Assembly: GCA_043803765.1 (NCBI GenBank)
Contig: JAZDJQ010000018.1
Coordinates: forward strand, 32,001-96,000
Source: Candidatus Iainarchaeum sp.
Lineage (GTDB): Archaea; Iainarchaeota; Iainarchaeia; Iainarchaeales; VGJJ01
Length of the DNA stretch: 64,000 nucleotides
Reading direction: 5' to 3'
Part shown: positions 1 through 10,305 of the stretch, in pieces
How positions within the stretch are numbered: the stretch's first letter is position 1
Layout: the number at the start of each line of letters is the position of its first letter
Position numbers and translations under genes: made by a program
The notes under the pieces: model-generated
The model's database searches: none
Told to the model about the DNA's origin: nothing
The model's input: only the letters and a program-made list of their open reading frames with translations

Positions 1-73
1 CGGATTGATGTACGAACAACGCTCAACAATACGATATATCAAACGAGCGTCTTTCTCAATGTTGAAAAGTAAT

Positions 74-1240
74 TCAACTGCTTTTTTCTTTTGCGTAGAA
101 TGCAGTTAAGTATTTCCGCAGATTCGCAAGAAATAAGGATTCATCTTCTTTCCGAATACTGCCTCCGGCGGATGGAATGTGTCCACCGGCATTAGCATCG
201 GATAATCCTGCAATGGATTTTTCCAATAAGTCATTCACCGGAATTCTGAAATCCTGCCGACGCGCGGACAGCGTTACCCGTGTTCCATTCGCCACGTCCT
301 GAAGCATAATAACCGTGTAATGAGGATACTTTCGCGATAGCTTGTTGATAAGAAGACTCTTAATAGCATGTTTGGGTCGCACGCTGGAAAGAATCAATTC
401 AATTTTTTCTTCTTTTTCCAATTCCCTTTCCGCACGGTCCATCCATTCATTAATTTCATCCTCTATAACACTTACTAATGAACGAAAGCCCGAGTTCAAT
501 AATTCATTAGGATGAGAAGCATTCGTTATGATACCCAACAATTCTGAAAGCTGATACGATGAGAGAATTTGGGTACAATAAATAATACTACTCATTATAC
601 CAAACGGAGCAGCAAACGGGTCGTCCTTCACAGGATTCAAACCCCATTTTTTAGCCGAAGCATCCACAAAACTTTTCCAACTAGCATACGCCGAATCGGA
701 TGTAATTCCAATACAAGGAATCCAATCCTTGTCACGCATATCCACGACCATGGAAAACAACGTATGAGCAAGAATAGCCGTAGGAAAACTACTGGATTCC
801 GTTTCCCATACAATTTGGGGCTTTAATACAATAAAACGAGGAGAAGAATACTCGTTGTATACCTTATGATGGTCAATCACCAAAATGGGACAAACCGATT
901 CCATTTCCTGCAAAAAAGAAGTAGGCTTTTGCTCAATAGAACGATCCACACTAATCAATTTAGTCAAACCCGCCCCTTTTATTCTACGCACTAATGCATC
1001 ATCGATAAATGAAGAAGAATGACCAAAGGGTTGCACCCACTCAGGAGCGTTCCCACGAAGACGAATAACTCCAATTATTACGCTTGCCGCAGCCGAAAGA
1101 CCGTCCCCATCATCATCGTAAAGAATACCCACTTTGTCTTCCGGAGTAATATTTCTAAGAAAATTCACCGCTTCTTCAAGACGAGACCTGTCCTGCAAGG
1201 GCAATCTACCCACCCAGGAAGGAATACCATCTGGTGCCAT
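74..1240 (-). CDS. DHH-family phosphoesterase (RecJ/GAN-like)
   Basis: Motifs YDDDGDG, SVD, IDHH, TSD and DHHA1 motifs SAR and AGGHIPSAGG. Confidence 0.85.
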   Translation of the reverse strand: MAPDGIPSWVGRLPLQDRSRLEEAVNFLRNITPEDKVGILYDDDGDGLSAAASVIIGVIRLRGNAPEWVQPFGHSSSFIDDALVRRIKGAGLTKLISVDRSIEQKPTSFLQEMESVCPILVIDHHKVYNEYSSPRFIVLKPQIVWETESSSFPTAILAHTLFSMVVDMRDKDWIPCIGITSDSAYASWKSFVDASAKKWGLNPVKDDPFAAPFGIMSSIIYCTQILSSYQLSELLGIITNASHPNELLNSGFRSLVSVIEDEINEWMDRAERELEKEEKIELILSSVRPKHAIKSLLINKLSRKYPHYTVIMLQDVANGTRVTLSARRQDFRIPVNDLLEKSIAGLSDANAGGHIPSAGGSIRKEDESLFLANLRKYLTAFYAKEKSS

Positions 1241-1476
1241 GTATTATTCTCCTATGCCCAATGCTTTTAAGGAACATTTCCCAAAAATGAAGAATGGAAT
1301 CCTTCTCTCATACTAATTCAGCGGGAAGAACCTATTTTCTCCATCAAAATGGACGATTGTTTTATTTCTCGTCAAAAAAACAAGGGTGTCTTTCTGACAT
1401 TCCAGCAGGATATATCATCGTTGAAAGTGAAAAAACCAGCCTCCCGCTACTCAAAAAGATGGAGTGAGAAAAAAAC

Positions 1477-2538
1477 ATGAAGCACGAAAAAATGATGCAG
1501 GAATGGTATGAAAAAAACAATGTGGATGCACTCTATACGAGTACGAACGAACAACTGCAAGACCCGCTTTTTACTAAATTTACTGGAATATATCACACCG
1601 ATTTTTCATTTCGCTTTTTCCAATCACCCGAAAAGAAACTACTGCTCTGCACCCCTCTCGAAAGAAGAGTAGTTAAACATCAGTATAATGGAAGAACTAA
1701 AACCGTTACGACTCAAAAAGAAATCACACACGTCCTGCGCGGATTGTTTGGAAAGAAAAAAATAGGATTAAATCTACGCTATATGACTGCAACACAGTAT
1801 ACTGCACTCAAGAAAACATTTCCACACACCCCATTTAAGGATGTGAGCGAGGCACTTGAAAAGACGCGCACCATCAAAACAAAAGAAGAAAAAAGAAAAA
1901 TAATAGAAGCAGTGAAAATAACACAAGAAATATCAACCAAAATACCGCCACTCTTACGAAAAGGAAAAAAGGAAATAGAAATAGTAGCAGAAATAAATTA
2001 TCACCTTGCACGAGAAGGATGCGGGAACGCTTTTCCTACCATTGTGGCATTTGGAAACAACACACCAAACATTCATCACTTTCCAAGAAATAAAAAATTA
2101 GTAAAAAATGAAATAGTATTAGTTGACTTTGGGGCAAAATACCAAGGATACTGCACCGATGCAACTCGCACGTTTTGTTTTGGGAAAGCAAGCGAGGAAC
2201 AAAAAGAATGGTATGCACGAGTATGGAACGCACAACAAGAAGCATTCAAAACCATTATTCCGGGAAAAAAAGCATTCGATACAATGAAACAAGCAGAAAA
2301 AATACTGGGAAGAAAAATCCCCCACGCAGTAGGACATGGAATAGGATTAGAAACACATGATTACCCAGGAGCTATTCAAGGAAAAGCAGATTGGGAATAC
2401 CAAGAAGGAATGACATTGGCAATCGAACCCGGATACTATGGGAAAGCGTTCGGAATACGAATAGAGGATGACGTCCTTGTTACAAAAAATGGGTGCAAAA
2501 TACTCAGTCATGCGTCCAAAAAACTTGTAGAAATATAA
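1477..2538 (+). CDS. Xaa-Pro aminopeptidase (M24B)
   Basis: Motifs DFGAKYQGYCTD, HAVGHGIGLETHD, IEPGYY, GIRIEDD. Confidence 0.93.
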   Translation: MKHEKMMQEWYEKNNVDALYTSTNEQLQDPLFTKFTGIYHTDFSFRFFQSPEKKLLLCTPLERRVVKHQYNGRTKTVTTQKEITHVLRGLFGKKKIGLNLRYMTATQYTALKKTFPHTPFKDVSEALEKTRTIKTKEEKRKIIEAVKITQEISTKIPPLLRKGKKEIEIVAEINYHLAREGCGNAFPTIVAFGNNTPNIHHFPRNKKLVKNEIVLVDFGAKYQGYCTDATRTFCFGKASEEQKEWYARVWNAQQEAFKTIIPGKKAFDTMKQAEKILGRKIPHAVGHGIGLETHDYPGAIQGKADWEYQEGMTLAIEPGYYGKAFGIRIEDDVLVTKNGCKILSHASKKLVEI

Positions 2539-2561
2539 CCCTGCTTCTCCATACTAGTAGA

Positions 2562-3356
2562 ATGCAACTCGCTCAAGCAAAAGAACGATTAGACAACGCC
2601 CTCGCACGAAAGGATATGATTATGCTCATAGGAGACTGTGAAGTAAAATACGAAGGAAGGGCTGCAAGCAATTTACCAATAGGAAGCCGCTTACTCCTCA
2701 TCAAAGGAGACGGAAGTTTTGCTATTCACCAAAACAGGCTACTGCGTCCAACGAATTACCTGATGAGCAGTTCATGGTCTACTGTACTCGACGAGGAAAA
2801 AAACACGCTGATTATTACCGCAACAAAACGCAGTCCAAAAGAAACACTCAGCGTATTCCTAAAAAATGTTGAAATGTTAAACGTGCACGTGATGGAAGAC
2901 CATGCTGCTGATTTCAAACTTGTTGGAACGGAAAAAGAACTAAATGACCAGCTCATGAACGATTTAGAAGTATTAGAAAAAGGATTGAAACCATTGAAAC
3001 AAGAAGACGTGTTACGCAAGGGATTTGTGGATATTTTAGCAGAAGACAAGAATGGCAATCTCGTCATCATTGAACTTAAACGAAAACAAGCAGACTATAA
3101 TGCGGTCATGCAGTTGCAACGCTACGTGAACGAATTGAGGAAAATAAAAAACAAAACCGTTCGAGGAATTATTGTGGCTCCTTCTATTGGGAGGCCTGCA
3201 CTTGAACTATTGAAAAACAATGGAAATGAATATTATTCATTCGAATTCGATGTAACGCAACCGCGGGCAACAATAAAGGGAATTGATACAAAACAACGGA
3301 CTATTTTTCAAGCATTAGAAGGAAATACGGCCGTGAAAAAAAAGAAAAAAGAATGA
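2562..3356 (+). CDS. nucS: Endonuclease NucS/EndoMS
   Basis: CEVKYEGRA, LLLIKGDGSFAIH, PTNY, E..L, VDIL...IELKR, QLQRY; start moved to ATG 2562. Confidence 0.92.
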   Translation: MQLAQAKERLDNALARKDMIMLIGDCEVKYEGRAASNLPIGSRLLLIKGDGSFAIHQNRLLRPTNYLMSSSWSTVLDEEKNTLIITATKRSPKETLSVFLKNVEMLNVHVMEDHAADFKLVGTEKELNDQLMNDLEVLEKGLKPLKQEDVLRKGFVDILAEDKNGNLVIIELKRKQADYNAVMQLQRYVNELRKIKNKTVRGIIVAPSIGRPALELLKNNGNEYYSFEFDVTQPRATIKGIDTKQRTIFQALEGNTAVKKKKKE

Positions 3357-3603
3357 TAGGAAAAAATTATCCCTTCATTCCTTCATATATCAAAGGAATG
3401 CCACTCACCATAGCAAGCAAAGCAAATAACTCCCCACAAGAAAATAGACTTATGTATTCCATCCATCCAACAAAATCTCCCCTTACTGAAAGAGCTAATC
3501 ATGAGGGAGTTTAATAAGGAACAACTAGGGTGTGTTCAACAGGTGTACGGGTTTAAAAAAGAAAAAAACATTCAAAGAGAAAGTAAAAGGGGGAAGCCCA
3601 TCC

Positions 3604-6102
3604 ATGCATGGTTTAAGACACATAATCGCCGTATTCGTTTTCATTGTAATCCTATCTAACGCATGGGGATTAGCATCCGACCCGCCCAGTGGATTAGATG
3701 GAACACTTGCTACTATCGCGGAGGAAGGATACCTTACCACGTATACGAGTAGAGGGTGGGGTGCCACCTATGGTTTTCCCCAATCCCAATACTCAATAGA
3801 TGAAACAGACTTCCATGATAATTCGGTTGACTTTGGAGAAATAGGATTATACGGACTAGGACTGGAAAATTTACTCAACCCGCAATATTCCGAGTTAAAT
3901 GTGGGTACGGATTCCCCAGCCAAGATTGAAGAAACCGCCCAATCACTCATTCTATGGGTGTGGACGCCTGCAACGGAGGATTTTGGAATTCATCACCAAG
4001 GAGTAATGCCCAATAATGGAATCACCAACGTAAAAGAAAAAATAATGGGAATCAACACCGCATCCAACGCATGCATACAAGATGCAAGCGTTGCCTACAA
4101 CCAATGGGGTGTTCCAAAAGACACGATTAACAAGCAAACAACTTCTACGCTTTCTTCACTCGCAGGAGAAGGATACCTATTCCTATTAGCGGCAAAACAA
4201 AAAGGAGAAAATGAACAAAAATATATGAAAATAGCCAAAGGAATAGGGGACATGTTCCTCACAACCATTATAACACCGGCAACTACTTCGTTCGGGTTAC
4301 ACCCCGAAAATTTAGTTGACCAGTATAACAACACGATTCCATTAGGAATGATGCCGTCCCAATTTACAATTCTATCCAACTCAGAGGACACTTCCCTTTG
4401 CTCAGACGGAGGGTCAATCAAACTACACGAAAATAGGAAAATATGGATGGCACAAGCCGCGCATTTCTTGAGTTCCCTTGGAACAACAACAGGAGAAACA
4501 AAATACACCGAGGCATCCCAAATCATTACCGATGGAATACTATCAATCCAAGAGTGCGACGGAAGCTTCAAAGATTACACACGATGGGAGGGAGCAGGAA
4601 CGGTTCCTAACAACTGCACTCCAACGGATGGAAGCGACTCATACGAAGCATATCCTGGAAATGTCACCGTAGCGGAAACAAAAGGATTCATTACCGACAC
4701 GGGAATGATACTCTATCTGCTTCAACGAGCAAAATCAGGAATATACACTTCCAGCTTAGCCTACCGGAACGCAGTAACATACTTACTCGAGTTAGAAGAG
4801 AACGATGCAGGATTTGGATACAAGAAAAACGGGGGCCCTATCAAGTATGCCAGTTATTCAATCGATACTGAAAATAGAGCGTTTGCCCAACTATTAGAAT
4901 CGAATGTATTCCTCCGAGCATCCTGTGAAGAAACGAATACGGACGTGCAAAAAAGACTCCAGGATAAGGCCTATGAACTCATTCAAAAATCAGACATTTT
5001 CATTCCAAGCGAATTAGACAGCAAAATCGCCAATGCGATATCCCCCGACCCGGGAATTAATATTCTAGCCGTATCCATGGCGGCAGACAACTGGAAAATC
5101 ATAACAAAGGGATGCCAAGAATGCGGGGACGCAGATGAAGACGGATACATTGACGGAGAATGCGCCGGAGACACTGTAAAATATGATTGCAATGATACTG
5201 ATACTACGATTCATCCGGGAGCAGAAGAAACATGCGATAGGATTGACAACGACTGCGACGGAATAACCGATAATGGATTTGATGAAGACCAAGACGGGCA
5301 TTCCACTTGCGCAGAACCGTCGGACTGCAATGATGCACATGACGAAATATACCCGGGCGCCCCGGAAAAAGATGATGAAATGGATAATGATTGTAATGGA
5401 AAAATAGATGACGCAGGAATAGAAATGAGCATTCTCACCGACTTGAATACCGGAATTGAAGGAGCAGAAGTATTACTTGTTGATTATGGAAATGCATGCG
5501 CTGGTTCATTCGCCAATCCTGCCGAAAACATTGAAGAAATAAAATCACAATGCAGCACTATTGGAAACTGCATTACGGATGAAAACGGGTCCTGCTTTGT
5601 GAATGTGAAAAAAGACGGAAAATTCCAAGCACTCGTACAGTTTTCAGGAGCAAACGCATCATCCAATCCGTATGAATATGCTGCAGGACAGCACATTCTC
5701 ATTCGCATTGCATTCGACACGAATAACATAAGTGCAAATGACAACCAAGAAGTGGGAAAAGGAAACCCTTTCACCGACAACCCGTATATGGTTTGGGGAA
5801 TGATGCTCATCCTACTTATTTTGCTGGGCATCGGATTTGTCTATTTCTATCGAACAGGAAAAATACCGCCCATTACCGAGTGGGGAAAAGGATTTAGAAA
5901 AACCGTAAAAGAAGACAAAAAAGGAACAACCATCCGCTCATTACCCATCGGAGGAAAAATAAAAATTCCTTCACTATCCGCAAATAGAATTGCATCCAAA
6001 ATCGTTTCAGGAAAAATAGAAAAACCAAAACAACCCAAAGTAGGAAACTTCCCGCCAAAGAAAACAGATTATGGAAATAAGAAAGTGTGGCGGGACGTGT
6101 AA
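3604..6102 (+). CDS. Large secreted, membrane-anchored protein with Cys/Asp-rich putative metal-binding repeats
   Basis: N-terminal signal peptide (MHGLRHIIAVFVFIVILSNAWG); repeats DCNDTDTTIHPGAEETCDRIDNDCDG and DCNDAHDEIYPGAPE..DEMDNDCNG; C-terminal TM helix then basic tail. Confidence 0.8.
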   Translation: MHGLRHIIAVFVFIVILSNAWGLASDPPSGLDGTLATIAEEGYLTTYTSRGWGATYGFPQSQYSIDETDFHDNSVDFGEIGLYGLGLENLLNPQYSELNVGTDSPAKIEETAQSLILWVWTPATEDFGIHHQGVMPNNGITNVKEKIMGINTASNACIQDASVAYNQWGVPKDTINKQTTSTLSSLAGEGYLFLLAAKQKGENEQKYMKIAKGIGDMFLTTIITPATTSFGLHPENLVDQYNNTIPLGMMPSQFTILSNSEDTSLCSDGGSIKLHENRKIWMAQAAHFLSSLGTTTGETKYTEASQIITDGILSIQECDGSFKDYTRWEGAGTVPNNCTPTDGSDSYEAYPGNVTVAETKGFITDTGMILYLLQRAKSGIYTSSLAYRNAVTYLLELEENDAGFGYKKNGGPIKYASYSIDTENRAFAQLLESNVFLRASCEETNTDVQKRLQDKAYELIQKSDIFIPSELDSKIANAISPDPGINILAVSMAADNWKIITKGCQECGDADEDGYIDGECAGDTVKYDCNDTDTTIHPGAEETCDRIDNDCDGITDNGFDEDQDGHSTCAEPSDCNDAHDEIYPGAPEKDDEMDNDCNGKIDDAGIEMSILTDLNTGIEGAEVLLVDYGNACAGSFANPAENIEEIKSQCSTIGNCITDENGSCFVNVKKDGKFQALVQFSGANASSNPYEYAAGQHILIRIAFDTNNISANDNQEVGKGNPFTDNPYMVWGMMLILLILLGIGFVYFYRTGKIPPITEWGKGFRKTVKEDKKGTTIRSLPIGGKIKIPSLSANRIASKIVSGKIEKPKQPKVGNFPPKKTDYGNKKVWRDV

Positions 6103-6166
6103 TAGTACACCATTCTTCACAAAAAAAATCCCTACCTATTTCAATCGTTCGGTTTGCCTCGTGTGA

Positions 6167-6502
6167 ATGGGAAAATACCTCATATTGAACACACCCACCT
6201 ACACGGACTCCGTATCAGGATTGAGTTCATTTGAAAAAGAACGAATAGGCAAAATCATTGACCATCTCGCCGAGCAAGGAGATAAAGTAGGTAAACCATT
6301 ATCCGGTTTATCCTTTTTTCGTGAAAAAAAATTCAATGGAAATAGGCTTTATTTTTTAGTATATCCAGAATGGACTACTATTTTAGTTGTAGCCGTTGGC
6401 CCAAAAAAAGTACAGCAAAAAATAATCAGAGAAATCATCCTGCGATTGCCTGAATATAAAATATTTGTACGAAAAATCCTCCTCGAAAAGAAACTCACTT
6501 AG
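6167..6502 (+). CDS. RelE/ParE-like toxin
   Basis: 111 aa, basic; VGKPL..FFREKK..RLYFLV..ILVVAVGPKK pattern fits RelE fold. Confidence 0.65.
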   Translation: MGKYLILNTPTYTDSVSGLSSFEKERIGKIIDHLAEQGDKVGKPLSGLSFFREKKFNGNRLYFLVYPEWTTILVVAVGPKKVQQKIIREIILRLPEYKIFVRKILLEKKLT

Positions 6503-6629
6503 TACGGGGTCGCAATACCGTCACGCGTCCGCCCTTAAGGTCATCCAATGCACGCATGAACGCACGATAGGCAGGATCATTTTCTATCGCCAAATCTTTT
6601 TGCATGGAAACCACTTTAGTTGATGGCAT
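6495..6629 (-). CDS. 44-aa putative antitoxin convergent to RelE-like gene
   Basis: Hand-translated MPSTKVVSMQKDLAIENDPAYRAFMRALDDLKGGRVTVLRPRTK*; paralog at 41861-42001 in the same arrangement. Confidence 0.6.
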   Translation of the reverse strand: MPSTKVVSMQKDLAIENDPAYRAFMRALDDLKGGRVTVLRPRTK

Positions 6630-6884
6630 AGTAATCCTTACATCCCTAACAATTTAAATAAAGAAGGTGAATTTCCAGCGTGCCCCATGAATAAGTTAAA
6701 AAGAAGACAAAAAACAACTGAGTAGGCAACGATATTTAGAAAAAAAAATCGTATCATCTGATGCAATCCAAATATAGATATAGCAAAAAGCCTAAGTATT
6801 TGAACAATTTAATTGGCTTTTTTCATATATCAAACCGTCCGACAAAAGTTCAAAAATTAAAACGGTTTGCTATAACAACACTAA

Positions 6885-8162
6885 TTACCGCACCATCACG
6901 GCTTTCTTTCCTAATTCTTCCTCAATGTATAGCAAGCGATTGTATTTGGCTACACGTTCCGAACGAGAGAGAGAACCCGCTTTCAAGTAATGCGCATTTG
7001 TTCCTACTGCCAAATCGGCGATGAATGAATCCTCCGTTTCCCCTGCACGGTCACTCACAACAAGGGTCCATTTTGCATCACGCGCAAGAGCAATCGCATC
7101 CAATGTCTCGGAAATAGTCCCAACCTGATTGGGTTTCACATTCAACCCATTACTTGCCTTCAAATCCATCACTCGTTTAATTCGAGTTGAATTGGACACC
7201 AAAAGGTCATCGCCCACAATAGGGTGAGTATTTCCAATACGCGAAACGAGTCCTTGAAATCCTTGAATATCATCCTCGGCAAAAGGGTCTTCGAGCAATG
7301 AAATAGGATACTGCGCCACAAGATTAGCATAATAGTTCACAAGCTGACGATACGTAAGCGGTTTATCTTCCACAACATACAAGCCTTTCCTACGAATATG
7401 ACTTCCGGCAATGGACAACCCCACTTTAATTTGCTTTTCAATCCCCAACTCTTTGGCTGTCTCCATAATCGTATCCAATGCGATTCGCACATCACCTGTT
7501 GGAATAGAAAAACCGCCTGTTTCCCCAACATTCACGGCACGAACATCAAACTTTTTAATTAAAATAGGACGAAGCGAATGAACGAATTCACTGCTCCATT
7601 GAAGAGCTTGACTCACGCTTTTTGCTTTCGGAAACTCAATCCCAAATTCCTGAAAAGGCAAATCATTCCCCGCGTGTTTTCCCCCGCTGAAAACATTCAC
7701 CAAAGGAAAAGGAAGAGTCGGTCCGCGAGACTTTCCATTCGCATAAGAAAGAGAATGAATATGCTGATAGAGAGGCTTTTCCTGCACCATCGCACCTAAC
7801 CGCGCAACGGCCATTGAAGTAGCAATCATTGAATTGGCACCCAATTTTGACCTGTTTGGTGTTCCATCCAATTCAATTAACGCTTTATCTACATCACTTT
7901 GTATAATCGCACTCATCTCACGCAATTCACTATTAATAGGCCCGTTCACTGAACGCAATGCTTTCTGCACTCCCATCCCATGAAATGCTTTATCCTCATC
8001 TCTCAAATCATGCGCCTCAAAACGCCCTTTACTCACACCAGCAGGAGCAGTGGCACACGCCACGAAAGAGCCGGAAATAGCCTCTACCTCAATTGTAGGA
8101 ATACCCCTCGAGTCCAAAACCATGCGCCCGTGCACTTTTTCAATAGCAAATGGACTCTTCAT
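6885..8162 (-). CDS. eno: Enolase homolog with substituted catalytic residues
   Basis: LDSRGIPTIEV, LDGTPNRSKLGAN, QEF, VGDDL, KPNQVGT, RSERVAKYNRLL; but VGETGG, GLSIAG, SDRAGET. Confidence 0.9.
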   Translation of the reverse strand: MKSPFAIEKVHGRMVLDSRGIPTIEVEAISGSFVACATAPAGVSKGRFEAHDLRDEDKAFHGMGVQKALRSVNGPINSELREMSAIIQSDVDKALIELDGTPNRSKLGANSMIATSMAVARLGAMVQEKPLYQHIHSLSYANGKSRGPTLPFPLVNVFSGGKHAGNDLPFQEFGIEFPKAKSVSQALQWSSEFVHSLRPILIKKFDVRAVNVGETGGFSIPTGDVRIALDTIMETAKELGIEKQIKVGLSIAGSHIRRKGLYVVEDKPLTYRQLVNYYANLVAQYPISLLEDPFAEDDIQGFQGLVSRIGNTHPIVGDDLLVSNSTRIKRVMDLKASNGLNVKPNQVGTISETLDAIALARDAKWTLVVSDRAGETEDSFIADLAVGTNAHYLKAGSLSRSERVAKYNRLLYIEEELGKKAVMVR

Positions 8163-8240
8163 AGGAAAAACGATCCAAATATTTTGCAGTTGCTAATACA
8201 CGAAAAGGTTTAAGAGAACGGCGGGGTTTTGATGGGAAAA

Positions 8241-8981
8241 TCATTCCACCATGGAAGGGCCCGCCCCCGCCTCGTCTTGTTTTTTCCGTTGAATGACGAC
8301 TTTTTTTAATAATGGGAATCCTTTCCCTCCAAACAATGCTTCGGTAAGCGTAATGTTGACCCATGATTCGAGTTTGGTATAATCGGGTTTGGCCTTATTT
8401 CCTTCGATAATGGAACGCAACTCTTTCCAAGAACGGGAAATATACCACAATCCTGAAATCTTTTCTTTTTGGGGATGATTACGTGAGGTTAGCTCACTTT
8501 CTACAAATGCGACATCCACATTGGAAAAACGCCGAGTGTAAAAACCGTCAAACCAGTAATCATGCCCTACTAGCACCACATCGGAAGGAAGCAATCCCTT
8601 TTTTTCAATGTATGCCATTAATTGAGTCTGACGGCAATAATCATCCGTGCATTCTTTCTCTTGTGCACAACGCTTGGCATATCGTTCCTTGTCAATGGGA
8701 GACATACTATCCAAATACGATTGAGTAACTCCCCATACATTTGCAGGAGGAAAAAAAACATCCAATTCAGCCTCTTTTACCATTTCAAGGCAACGGGATT
8801 GAGGGTAAGAAGATGCCACAAAATACTCGAAATTAGGATGAGAAAGGGAATATTCCCGAAGGGATACTAACCAATTCCGTATCATCGAAATAGTCTTTTT
8901 TGAAGATGAAGAAGGAAGAAGCACTTTTTCCAATACAAAAACAACGGCTCTTTTAGGAGTATGCGAAGAAGGAGAAGGCAT
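8241..8981 (-). CDS. Hypothetical protein, degenerate HAD-like fold
   Basis: AVVFVLEKVL (motif I position), VASS (motif II), VLVGHD...DG (motif IV-like). Confidence 0.5.
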   Translation of the reverse strand: MPSPSSHTPKRAVVFVLEKVLLPSSSSKKTISMIRNWLVSLREYSLSHPNFEYFVASSYPQSRCLEMVKEAELDVFFPPANVWGVTQSYLDSMSPIDKERYAKRCAQEKECTDDYCRQTQLMAYIEKKGLLPSDVVLVGHDYWFDGFYTRRFSNVDVAFVESELTSRNHPQKEKISGLWYISRSWKELRSIIEGNKAKPDYTKLESWVNITLTEALFGGKGFPLLKKVVIQRKKQDEAGAGPSMVE

Positions 8982-9069
8982 GTTCACCATTAAACCCATC
9001 CCCACTTTAAATGAAATTCGTATCACCCAACGAGCGATTTAAAACACCTTTTCACGATAAAGAGTTACT

Positions 9070-9336
9070 ATGAAAGGGTTGGGGCAAACGATGGTAAAAT
9101 CCGCACTCAAATGTGCAGTCTGCGGAAAAAAAGCCACGGAAGCAAGCACGCTGAATATCCCGACATGCAAAGAGCACCAAAATCTCCCAACAAAAACACC
9201 GCAATGCCCTCAATGCGAAGGAAAAATGAGCGTGAAGGCAGGAAAAAACGGGGGGTTCTGGCGATGCGATAATTTCCCAATCTGCTTTGGAACACGCAAC
9301 TTATTGAACCCTGACGAAGAACAGGATATTCTATAA
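9070..9336 (+). CDS. Small Zn-finger protein with topoisomerase C4 zinc ribbon
   Basis: CAVC..CKEH plus CPQCEGKM..K.GKNGGFWRCDNFPIC. Confidence 0.75.
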   Translation: MKGLGQTMVKSALKCAVCGKKATEASTLNIPTCKEHQNLPTKTPQCPQCEGKMSVKAGKNGGFWRCDNFPICFGTRNLLNPDEEQDIL

Positions 9337-9350
9337 TCGTAATTCCACTA

Positions 9351-10004
9351 TTACGAGTCCTTCCCCTCTTTTCCCTCACGCACAACAGGGGGCTCCTTTT
9401 CTTTCCCACGCAAAGGATTGGATATTCGTTCCAAGGGATTAGGAATATTCTCAAGTGCATGACGCAAGCGCTGACTGCGCGACAATTTAGGAGCACTCTC
9501 AACGAGTGCAATCGTAAGAAGACGGTTCTCCAAAACACCATGCCAATGATAATACTTCGAAACATTCTCAACATTGGAATAGAATGAATGAACATCCCCT
9601 ATTTGTCCAGAAAACTTTTCACGAAAATCACGAATAAAGGATTGATACTGGGCAAAGTCGGCGTGAATCGACTCCATCAAAACCGAATGCATTCCAGGAC
9701 CTTCTCCTTCCGTAGCAAATAAAACAGACGGGGCATCCTGCATCCACTGCACCATTTTTTTAACAATAGAAGAAGAAGACGGTTTAATCGTTGTCATCAC
9801 CCAAAAATGAAGACCCAGTTTAGCCAAATTAGGAAGAATAACAAACCGATCAATATATTTCTCATTCATCAAACGAGAACGAAGACGAGTAATCGTAGGC
9901 TGGGACGTCTTAAGTTTGGAGGCTAACTCCCTATCCGAGAGACGAGCATTCTTCGCAAGCGCAAGCAAAATCTCCCGTTCACGCGAAGAAAAGGTATTTT
10001 TCAT
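9351..10004 (-). CDS. Lrp/AsnC-family transcriptional regulator
   Basis: ILLALAKNARLSDRELASKLKTSQPTITRLRSRL wHTH; PNLAKLG linker. Confidence 0.85.
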   Translation of the reverse strand: MKNTFSSREREILLALAKNARLSDRELASKLKTSQPTITRLRSRLMNEKYIDRFVILPNLAKLGLHFWVMTTIKPSSSSIVKKMVQWMQDAPSVLFATEGEGPGMHSVLMESIHADFAQYQSFIRDFREKFSGQIGDVHSFYSNVENVSKYYHWHGVLENRLLTIALVESAPKLSRSQRLRHALENIPNPLERISNPLRGKEKEPPVVREGKEGKDS

Positions 10005-10206
10005 ACACTAAAAATGGTTTTAGAGGGATTTAAGGCTTTTCATCCACCACACAAATCGTATGATAAACCCCGTTCAAATGAAAAATAGAGAGACTCATAC
10101 AATGCTGAAACAAACAAAACACGCCAAAATCTGCATACATGATACAGAATAACGGCGAAAAGGTTTTGACAGGCTTTTATATAATGAAATTCAAGAAAGA
10201 CAACAG

Positions 10207-10305
10207 AGGTGGTTGCCAAGATCGGGAACACGAAAACTCAAACTAAGGTTTGGGAGTTAGGCTCACCCGGCTCGAACGGGAACTTCCGATGACTCCCAAC
10301 CACCT
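10207..10305 (+). ncRNA. Candidate structured ncRNA (~100 nt)
   Basis: TTTTATATA at 10175-10183; closing stem AGGTGGTTG/CAACCACCT, inner stem ATCGGGA/TTCCGAT, two internal hairpins; pyrimidine-rich tail. Confidence 0.45.

Noticed and set aside
3368-3502. Small hydrophobic minus-strand ORF (MISSFSKG...GMKG)
   Set aside because: Plausible micro-protein but no motif or paralog to support it
10207-10305. 5S rRNA call
   Set aside because: Only fragmentary resemblance and helices IV/V are absent; kept as unknown ncRNA
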